Assembly (NCBI GenBank): GCA_964577995.1
Contig: CAZOBP010000003.1
Span: forward strand, 10,396-74,395
Direction of reading: 5' to 3'
DNA: 64,000 nt
Source: an uncultured Anaerolineales bacterium
GTDB taxonomy: Bacteria; Chloroflexota; Anaerolineae; UBA7937; B3-Chlor
Below the pieces are notes generated by a model that did no database searches, had not been told where the DNA came from, and saw only the letters and a program-made list of their open reading frames with translations. The position numbers were made by a program, and so were the translations under genes. Numbering within the stretch: the first letter of the stretch is position 1; each line of letters opens with the position of its first letter. Positions 48,693 to 58,300 of this stretch are shown in pieces.

Positions 48693-49718
48693 ATGACAGA
48701 GAAAAGGGTGGACAAAGACGCCTTACTGGAAGCACTGCCCAGGCTGCGGGGCAAGAGAGTCCTGGTCCTGGGCGATCTCTTCCTCGACGAGTACCTGGTC
48801 GGTCAGGCAACGAGACTATCCAGAGAAGCCCCCGTTCCGGTTCTGGAATTCAACCGGCGCTTTCACGTGCCAGGAGGCGCAGCCAACCCCGCTCAGAACA
48901 TCAGTGCCCTGGGAAGCACCGCCTATCAAATAGGTGTCGTGGGCGGCGATGACTCAGGTCGAAAGCTGACAGAGCACCTGGAGCGCGCAGGCATCGTGAC
49001 GGACGGTCTGGTCACGGACCCCCACCGACTTACCACCGCCAAAACCCGGGTCGTCGCCGAGGGCACACTGGTCTTTCCTCAACAGCTTGCCCGTATCGAC
49101 AAGCTGGATAGGCGACCTCTTGACGGTGGGGTGGTCTCCCAGCTCGTAGCCCGCTTCGAGGAGATCAGCCCCCATGTCCATGCGGTCCTGCTGTCGGACT
49201 ACAAGACAGGTGTGGTGAACGAAGAGACCATCGCGGCCGCCCTTCGCGTCTCGCGCGAGCGCGGCACGCTGATCACCGTGGATTCTCAGGGCGACCTCCA
49301 CAAGTTCGCTGGCTTCCATCTCGTGAAGTGTAACCGTCGCGAAGCCGAGGCTCAACTAGGCAGAGAACTGACCAGCGATGCCGATTTCGAGGAAGGCGGA
49401 CAGAAGCTCTTGGCCGAGCTGGGGTCATCGGTGGTGATCATCACGCGCGGCGGTGAAGGGATGTCGCTGGTCAGCAAGGAACAAGGCCCCTTTCACATCC
49501 CCGCCGCGAATCGCACCGAGGTCTTCGACGTTACAGGTGCCGGCGACACAGTGATCGCCGTGGTCACCCTGGCACTGGCGGCAGGGCTGGGCATCGGAGA
49601 GGGAGCCCACCTGGCCAACTATGCTGCCGGCCTGGTGGTGCGAAGGCTAGGCAACGCGACGCCCACCGAAGAAGAGCTGGCCTGGGCCATAGAGCACTGG
49701 TCGCAACCTGATCTTTGA
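48693..49718 (+). CDS. RfaE domain-I-type sugar kinase (D-beta-D-heptose 7-phosphate kinase-like, PfkB family)
   Basis: RVLVLGDLFLDEYL.G...R.S.EAPVPV; C-terminal DVTGAGDTVIAV; no adenylyltransferase domain II. Confidence 0.8.
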   Translation: MTEKRVDKDALLEALPRLRGKRVLVLGDLFLDEYLVGQATRLSREAPVPVLEFNRRFHVPGGAANPAQNISALGSTAYQIGVVGGDDSGRKLTEHLERAGIVTDGLVTDPHRLTTAKTRVVAEGTLVFPQQLARIDKLDRRPLDGGVVSQLVARFEEISPHVHAVLLSDYKTGVVNEETIAAALRVSRERGTLITVDSQGDLHKFAGFHLVKCNRREAEAQLGRELTSDADFEEGGQKLLAELGSSVVIITRGGEGMSLVSKEQGPFHIPAANRTEVFDVTGAGDTVIAVVTLALAAGLGIGEGAHLANYAAGLVVRRLGNATPTEEELAWAIEHWSQPDL

Positions 49719-49817
49719 GCTTGCTCACCCAATATGCTATCATAGGCCAGGCCATGCGCAGCCACGAACAGTCCGATGATCTGCCGCACGGCCAATATCC
49801 GAAGAAGGAAGGGAATC

Positions 49818-50231
49818 ATGAGACGGCTAGCCCTACTCGTAGTCTTGCTCGTTGCGTCGTCCATTCTGGCCTGCGACTTCAGCGCCAGTGTTGGCGACGT
49901 AGGGGAAGGCCTGAAGACAGCGGTGGTCTGCGCCTCCCTCGCCGACGATTACGCACCTGTAGGCCCGACCGACATCTTCGCCCCTGAAGATGACTTCAAT
50001 GTCTCGGTCGAATACTCCGACCTGGAAGAGGGGCAGAGCATCGGCGTGAAGTGGTTTCAGGAAGACGACCTCCTGTACGAGCTGAACATCGACTTGGACG
50101 CCTCTACCGCGGGCGACGGTTATGTTGGCTTTACACTGACCAACAACGCACTCTGGTCGACGGGCAACTACCACGCCGACATCTACCTGGACGGGGAATT
50201 CGACCACACGGCGGAGTTCCGTGTGGAGTAG
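49818..50231 (+). CDS. hypothetical lipoprotein
   Basis: Signal peptide MRRLALLVVLLVASSILAC with lipobox; acidic beta-rich body. Confidence 0.5.
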   Translation: MRRLALLVVLLVASSILACDFSASVGDVGEGLKTAVVCASLADDYAPVGPTDIFAPEDDFNVSVEYSDLEEGQSIGVKWFQEDDLLYELNIDLDASTAGDGYVGFTLTNNALWSTGNYHADIYLDGEFDHTAEFRVE

Positions 50232-50417
50232 GGCTTCGAACCCATAGTCGGTCCCAGGATCAGGGTGGCAAGGGCACTGCCGTTCTGATCACTGTGTGCA
50301 CGGGGTTCGTCCGCGGGGGCAGCATCTCATGCGCCATGGCAACCTTTTCCAGGCTGACCTTTGAGTGGAGTCTCGCACATCCCGCCTGGACAACATTGAA
50401 GCAACGGGAGGTTATGT

Positions 50418-51578
50418 ATGGGAAGAGTAGGGATCATTGGAGTCGGGCAAAGCGCCTTCGTGCGCGGATACCCCGGCTCGATCAGGGAGCTTGCCTACGA
50501 AGGGTTCAAGGAGGCCATGGAGGATGCGCAGATCTCCAACAAGGACATCGATGCATCCATCGTCTGTTCTGCCCCGGAGTATGACAAGCAGAGGTCTCCT
50601 GCTGGGGTCATGGCCGAGTACCTTGGCCTCACCCCACAGCCCACGTTCTATGTCGAGAGTGTCTGCTCCTCCAGCAGCACGGGCCTCAAAGTGGCCTACT
50701 CGATGATCAAGGCTGGCCTTCACGACATCGTCTGCGTGCTGGGCTTCCAGAAGATGTCCGAGATCTCCTCTGCGGAATCACAAGAGCGCATGGGCCGAGG
50801 AGCGGACATCCAATGGGAGTCCCCCTTTGGCACCATGATGCCCGCCTACTACGCCATGTACGCCAGGGCACACATGGCCAAGTATGGGACAACCGAGGAA
50901 GACCTGGCTCTGATCAGGATCAAGGCCGCCACGTACGGGCAGATGAACGAGAAGGCCGTCTACGGGAAGCCGGTGACCATGGAGCAGATCTTCGATCCCG
51001 AGAGACCTCCGGTGGCCACTCCTCTCAAGGTCTTCGACTGCTGCGCCAACGCCGACGGCTCCTCCTGCACTATTGTGGCCAGCGAGGAGAAGGCCAAGGC
51101 GCTATGCGAGAAACCCGTCTGGATTCTGGGGCTGGGTGCCGCCTCGGAGGCGGTGAACATGGCGGGGCGAGACCTCTTCACCGGGCTGAGTGTAGCCATC
51201 GAGGCCGGCAAGCAGGCCTACGAGATGGCCGGCGTCGGCCCTGAGGATATCGACGTGGCCGAGGTGCACGACTGCTTCACCATTGCCGAGATGATGGCCT
51301 ACGAGAACCTGGGCTTCGCCAAGCCCGGAGGGGGCAAAGAGCTGATCGGGGCCAAGGAAACCTACAAGGAGGGCAAGATCCCCGTGAACGTGGACGGCGG
51401 ATTGCTCTCCAAGGGCCACCCCATCGGGGCCACCGGTGGGTCCCAGATCAGGACCGTCGTGCTCCAGCTCAGAGGGGACGGGGGCCCCATGCAGGTGAAG
51501 GACCCTGAGATTGGACTGGTACACAACATCGGCGGCGTGGGCCTCTACGGCAACGTTACCATCCTCGGGAGGTCATGA
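50418..51578 (+). CDS. thiolase-like protein (SCP-x/archaeal-type acetyl-CoA acetyltransferase)
   Basis: VGIIGVGQS; ..CSSSSTGL catalytic Cys region; C-terminal G.P.GATG; 386 aa. Confidence 0.85.
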   Translation: MGRVGIIGVGQSAFVRGYPGSIRELAYEGFKEAMEDAQISNKDIDASIVCSAPEYDKQRSPAGVMAEYLGLTPQPTFYVESVCSSSSTGLKVAYSMIKAGLHDIVCVLGFQKMSEISSAESQERMGRGADIQWESPFGTMMPAYYAMYARAHMAKYGTTEEDLALIRIKAATYGQMNEKAVYGKPVTMEQIFDPERPPVATPLKVFDCCANADGSSCTIVASEEKAKALCEKPVWILGLGAASEAVNMAGRDLFTGLSVAIEAGKQAYEMAGVGPEDIDVAEVHDCFTIAEMMAYENLGFAKPGGGKELIGAKETYKEGKIPVNVDGGLLSKGHPIGATGGSQIRTVVLQLRGDGGPMQVKDPEIGLVHNIGGVGLYGNVTILGRS

Positions 51579-51579
51579 G

Positions 51580-52017
51580 ATGGCGAAAGGCAAGAAAGAA
51601 GTAGACGACCGCTTCGGCAAGTTCGGGACCGTTAGCTTCACCTCCATATCCAAGGTCAACGACTTCGTGGACTACCTGGCCCAGGGGAAGGTGATGGGCA
51701 CCAGGTGCAAGCAGTGCGGGACTATGCACTTTCCCCCTGTCGCCGACTGCGCCGAGTGTCTGTCCAGCGACGTAGAGTGGTTCGAGGTCACAGGCACAGG
51801 CAAGCTGGTCAGCTTCAGCACGCTGACGTACGGCCCTGTGGGCTTCGAGGACGATCTACCCTACTCCATCGCCCTTCTGGATTACGGTGACTACAAGATC
51901 TTCGGCCGCATCGCCAAGGACATCCCTGAAACGGAGCTCAGCATCGGCATGGCCATGAAGACAGAACCTCTCACGCTGCCCAACAGCCAACTGAGCTACG
52001 TCTTCACCAAGGCATAG
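51580..52017 (+). CDS. DUF35 OB-fold/zinc-ribbon protein (thiolase partner)
   Basis: MGTRCKQCGTMHFPPVADCAECLS rubredoxin-like ribbon followed by an OB-fold; start 2 nt after the thiolase stop. Confidence 0.8.
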   Translation: MAKGKKEVDDRFGKFGTVSFTSISKVNDFVDYLAQGKVMGTRCKQCGTMHFPPVADCAECLSSDVEWFEVTGTGKLVSFSTLTYGPVGFEDDLPYSIALLDYGDYKIFGRIAKDIPETELSIGMAMKTEPLTLPNSQLSYVFTKA

Positions 52018-52158
52018 AGCAGCCCTTTCCACTGTGCGCGAGCCGGGGCCACACTGCCCCGGCTTCTTTTCTGTAGTCCCCTTTCGTGTGCGGCGAGCGG
52101 AGTCCGGGTCTGAGTCAGTCCGGGTGGAGAGCGCTGGGCTGAGCAAGGTAGCGGGTAC

Positions 52159-52187
52159 TTGACCCTGCCGCTCGAAAATGGTAGAAT
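52159..52187 (+). promoter_or_regulatory. sigma-70-like promoter of the giant surface-protein gene (TTGACC-N17-TAGAAT with extended -10 TGg)
   Basis: ttgacc ctgccgctcgaaaatgg tagaat, ~150 nt upstream of the ATG at 52335. Confidence 0.4.
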
Positions 52188-52334
52188 AACGACGTGTGTT
52201 CCTGTGGAGGGACTTGGTCAACACGAAGCAGTGGACTATCGCCGGCGTGGTCGGCGCCTGCCTGCGTAAGTGTATCCTGACATTCTGATCCGGTGGGTCG
52301 GAATGTCTTTTTTTGTCCGGGAGTGAGGACCATG

Positions 52335-55300
52335 ACTCGCCGCTTCACGTCGCGCAAGACATGCTCAAGGGCCGGAACGGGCGTTTTCAGGGGCCTGGCC
52401 GTCGCCGTGATCGCGCTGGTCCTGATGGCCGCAAGTACGGCCTTCGCCCTGCCCTTTTCGCCCACCGCCCTGGCCCCTGAAGCGGGGCAGGAGCTGGTGT
52501 CCCGCAGAACGGCGACCGCGAAACACTTCTACCTGGGCGATGGCCGTTACATGGCCAGGATCAGCTCACAGGCGGTCCACTACCTGGACACCCAGGGGCA
52601 TTGGCAGGAGAGCGACACCGAAATCGCCACTGTGGAAAACGGTGCCTATCGCTACGCTGCGGAGAGGAACGGCCTGCGAGCCTACTTCAAACAGTCCAGC
52701 AACGCTTCTGCCGCGGTTCGTGTAGAGATGAGCCCACGATCCCCTGAAGAGGCCCGCGCCGGACCAGAAAGCCTGGGCTGGCTGACCTGGCAGCCCACGC
52801 GGCTGCTCTACGTGGCCGACGACGGCTATTCGCGGGTAGTCTCCAACTCCAAGCCTGCTGGAGCCAAAGTTCGGGGCAGTGTTCTGACCTACTCTGGCAG
52901 CTTTCCCGGCACCATCGATCACTACACCGTGCGCAACAACCTGCTCAAACACGACGTGGTGGTGTCAGTTCTGCCTGCCCTTTCATCCCACGATGGTCAG
53001 CAGCCAGCCTTCCTCAGCTACGAAGGCCTCATCGAGTTCCCTGAGGGGTACAGCCTCTACGCGGACGGAGCGGAGCAAACAGGCTCTTTCACCACCCCTG
53101 GCTCCATCGAACTCAGAGACGACGCCGGCCACCCTGCGCTATGGCTGCGAGCACCCTATGCCTACGAGGATGCAAACCCCGGCACGAGCGTCAGAGCGCG
53201 GTACATCGTGGAGGTCTCGGGAAGCTCCGCGCGGCTGGCCGTACAGGTGCCCTACGATTGGCTGGCGGACCCCAGCCGGGTCTATCCCGTGGTCATCGAC
53301 CCCACGGTGTCCATCGATACCACGCGAGATACCGACATCGATGAAGATGCCCCAGACACCAATAACGGCGGTGGATCGACGCTGACGGTCTGCAACAAGG
53401 ACGAATTGGTCTGCAACGAGCGCGCCCTTCTCTACTTCGATCTCTCCAGCATCCCCGCAGGCTACGACACCGAAGCGACGATCGAGGACGCAGACATGTA
53501 CCTGTGGGTAGACTACCTATGGGCACTTGGTGACGACTGGTACATCGAGGTCGACACTCACGCACTGACCACCGACTGGACCGAGTATGGCGCCACCTGG
53601 AACAGCCCCTGGACCACCCCGGGCGGAGACTACGACGGCTACACGACGACCACCACCATCTGGGGCGATGAAGAAGACGAATGGAAGAGCTGGATCATGA
53701 CCTACATCGTCAGGTGGTGGTATAGCGGTGAGCTTCCCAACTACGGTGTGATTTTGAGAAGCGACCACCAGTACGGAGGCACCAAGTACGCTAGATTCAA
53801 CTCCCGCGATGCGGGCTCGCACACTCCCTACCTGGACGTTACATATACACTCACCCCATACATCCTCAGCTCATACGCGGAGCAGGTACACGGCACCCCC
53901 GACCCCTCCCAGCACTTCCAGTTCACCTACACCAACAACTACTGGCAGGCGGCGGGCATCAACCCGCCCGCTGGGACCGACTACGACCTGCGCCTCTACA
54001 GCGACTCGGGCTACTCCTCTGAAGAGGCGTATTCCGATGGCGAGAACGATGTAGTCGACTTCGTCCTGGTCAACGGCAATACTGTTGGCGCGCCGGACAC
54101 CTACTATCCACTGGCCGAGGCCTACTCCGGCTCCGGCGACTACCCCATCGAGTGGGCAGAGGGCGGCTTCCCGGAGCTTTCCAACGGCTCCCTGGGACCC
54201 TTCACCATGGGCTCAGACGATGTGGTCCGCGTGTGGGACGCAGATCTAAGCATCGGGTCTACATACTACTTCTCGGTCTTCCCCACCTCAGGCGACGCTG
54301 ACCTGGGCATCGCCCTCTTCTCGCCCTCCAACGGGAACTACCAGGATCGCTTCGACGCCGTGGCTGGAGCTGACACCTACTACAGCGGCCAGCCCGAGTT
54401 CTTCGAGTACACCGCCACGACCTCGGGCTACCACGGGCTCGTAGTCTGGAACGAGGGCGCCACCTCCGACACTAGCTTCAAGGTCTACAGAGACACCAGC
54501 GCGCCGTCTTGCTCCATGGCCATCAACAACGGAGACGCCTACACCACAAACTCCTCGGCAACCCTCAACCTGTCGGCGAGCGACCTGGACACTGGGGTCT
54601 GGCAGATGCGCTTCCAGGACGCCGGGGGAAGCTGGACGAGCTGGACAAACTACGCCTCCACCTATGCCTGGACGCTGCCAGGAAGCGATGGCCAGAAAAC
54701 GGTCAACGCCGAGTTCAAGAACTACGCCGGAGCGGTCTGCGATTGCTCCGATTCGATCACCCTGGACCGGGGCGATCCTCAATCTCAGGCCAGCATCTTT
54801 GAGGAGTACTGGACCACCTCCATCAGCCCCGTGCCCGTAGACTGGACGGCCAGCGACACCTGGTCCGGGGTCGCTTCCGTGAGGCTGTACGCTCGTAAGG
54901 AGGGCGGCTCCTGGGCCGACTCGGGACTCTCGCCCCAGTCAGGCACATCGGGCACCTTCAACTACTGGCCTAGCAGCGGCGAGGGCAGGTACTACTTCCA
55001 GACATCAGCCACCGACGGCGCGGGCAATCAGGAGGACCCGCCCAGCGGCTCCAGTGGCAGCGGCGACGATTCCGTGTTCTACGACGCCAGCAAGCCCTCG
55101 TCCGGTTTGGTCTACTGTCCAGGCTACGCCAACAGCACCTTCTCGGTGGAATACAACGCCAGCGACGGGTCCGGCAGCGGCCTCCAGACGCTCCAACTCC
55201 ACTACAAGAAAGAGTCTGGGGGCACGTGGAACTACTACGGCACCTGCTCTGCTGTCCCCAGTGGCTGGTGCGACTTCACCCCTCCGTCCGGCGAGGGCAC

Positions 55301-58300
55301 CTACTACCTGGCCACAAAGGCTCAGGACTTCGCGGGCCTCTGGGAGGATTCCCCCAGCGGGAGCGGGGACTGCAACACGTTCTACGAGACCCAGAACCCC
55401 GACTCCACCATCACCCGCCCATCGGGACCTGGGTGGTACAATCTCACCGTGGTCTACAGGATGGAGGGAACGGCGAGTGACACGGGAGGCTCGGGGTTGT
55501 ACGAAATCGAGCTTGCCATCAAGAGGGATAGCGACAACTACTACTGGCATGGCTGCGGCGGGGGTTGGCAGAGCGGCAGCGAGACCTGGTTCCCCGCCAA
55601 CGGCACCACGAGTTGGTACTACGAGCCAGCGTGCACGCCCTGGGAGGACACGGAGAGCTACACCCTGCGCTCCAGGGCCAAGGACAACGCAGGCAACCTG
55701 CAATCGAGCCCCGCTCAGGTCCAGTTCTCCTACGACAACGTCAAGCCCTACTCCAGCGTGGGCGTGCCCGGCGACGGCGACAACCGCAACTCCCTCACCG
55801 ACGTCTCCGGCACGGCCAACGACAACGGCGGCTCCAGCCTCTACAAGGTCCACACCTCCATCAAGAGGAACAGCGACAACTACTACTGGAACAGCAGCGC
55901 CTGGGCCAGCGGCAGCGAAGTCTGGCTGGAAGCCTGGAGGGCCGGCTCCACCTGGGTCTACGACACCGACTACGTGACCTGGCAGAGCGACCACACCTAC
56001 ACCATCAGGTCCAAGGCCCAGGACAACGCCGGCAACGAGGAGACTCCAGGGAGTGGCCATACCTTCCTCTTCGACGACGAGGATCCTTCGTCCACGGCCA
56101 GCCCGCCCACGAGCCAGATCGGCGGGGACATCGCCATTCCGTACACAGCAGGTGACACGGGTGGCAGCGGGCTGGACCACGTCAGGCTGTGGAAGAACTA
56201 CGAGTCAGGCGGCTGGACCCTGACCTCAGGGTACGAGACAGGCTCCTCCGGCACTTTCTACTTCATTCCCACCGACGGCGATGGCAGCTACTGCTTCCAA
56301 TCCATCGCCCACGACGAGGCCTACAACGTGGAGGATGGTCCCACGGGGAGCGGAGATGGCTGCACCAGCTACTCGGGCACCCCGCCCAACCACGATCCCA
56401 CGCTGGACTGGACCGGCGAGCCCAACTACATCTCTGACGGCCTCCACCCCGGGAGCGGAGGCACCGGAGACAGCTACGTCTACCGCATCGAATACACCGA
56501 CGTGGACGGCGACCCTCCCAACTACGTCAGGGTGCACATCGAGAAGGGCGGCGCAGACATCTCCGGCAGCCCCTTCACTTTGGCCTACGTCAGCGGCAGC
56601 CACACCACGGGCGCTTTCTATTCCTACACCAAGACTGGCCTGCCGGAAGGGACGGACTACACCTACTACTTCGAAGCGCAGGACGACCAGGGCCACGATG
56701 CCGCGCCTACCACGGAGCTGGATGCCCCTGATGTCTCTCCGCCCAATAACCCGCCCTCTCTGGCCTGGACCGGCGAGACCAACTACACCTCCGACGGGCT
56801 CCACCCCGAGAGCGGCGGCACGGCGGACAGCTACGTCTACCGCATCGAATACACCGACGCTGACGGCGATCCTCCATCCTTCGTGAGGGTCCACGTTGAG
56901 AAGGGCGGGTCCGACGTCTCTGGTAGCCCCTTCACTCTGGCCTACGTCAGTGGCAGCTACACCACGGGCGCCATCTACTCCTACACCAAGGTGGGATTGG
57001 CAGCGGGCACGGACTACACCTACTACTTCGAGGCCCAGGACGATTTGGGCAGCCCCGCCACGCCCACCTCCGAGCTTGACGCCCCCGACGTCACCGGGAC
57101 TAACGATCCTCCACTTCTGAGCTGGACCGGAGAGACCAACTACGTCTCCGACGGCCTTCACCCCGAGAGCGGCACCACGAGTGACGACTACGAATACCGC
57201 ATCGAGTACAGCGACGCAGACGGGGATGCCCCCAACTACGTCCGTGTGCACATCGAGAAGGGCGGCACAGATGTCTCGGGCAGCCCCTTCACTCTAGCCT
57301 GTGGCAGCGGCGACTATACGACAGGGGTCATTTGCAGCTACACCAAATCGGGACTGGCCGAAGGGTCGGACTACACCTACTACTTCGAGGCCGAGGACGA
57401 CTTGGGCCATCCGGCCACGCCCACCACGGAGCTGGACGCCCCCGACGTCAGCGATAGCGGTTTGCCCAAGTGGACCTTCCTGGTCTATCTCAACGGCGAC
57501 GCCCCCAGCCCCACGGAAGACGCCGCCATCGACGACTTCCTGGAGATGTCCAGCATCGGCTCCACCAGCGAGGTCAACGTCGTCGTCTGGTTTGATCCGT
57601 TGGGGGACGTCTACACATGGGACCAGACTCACAAGTTCTACGTGACCAAGGGCATGACCCCCGATCCCGCCAACGGCGTCTACCTGGGCGAAAAGGACAT
57701 GTCGGACCCCCAGACCCTCATCGACTTCGTACAGACGGAGAAAGCCAACTACCCGGCGGAGCACTACGCCCTCATCATCTGGGACCGTGGCAGCGAGTTG
57801 AGGCGCGACCCTCCCGAGAACACCCTCCTGGGAGACATCTGTTTCGACAACAACCCCATCTACTCAACCTCGGCTATGACCATGCCAGAGCTGCGCACCG
57901 CTCTCAGCACCATCACCGACGGCGGCGCAGATCCTTTGGACCTGCTGGGCTTCGACGCCTCCCTGATGGCCCTCGCGGAGATCGACAACCAGTTGAAACC
58001 CTACGCCGACGTCAGGGTCTCCTCCCAGGGGGCCGAGCCTTCAGGGGGCTGGAACTACGATGAGGTACTGAACCTGCTCACCTTGATCCCGGAGATGACC
58101 CCCGCCGAGTTCGCGGAGGTCATCGTGGACTGGTACTGCCCCAACTACGGCAATGAGCCCACCATGTCCGCCACGGACCTCCAGACTCCCTGCTCGGACC
58201 TCGACACGGCGGTAGACAATCTGGTGGTCGCCCTGATGGCTGGCGCGGCGACCCACCACGCTGACATAGCCACTGCCCGCGCCAACACCCAGGTCTTCTC

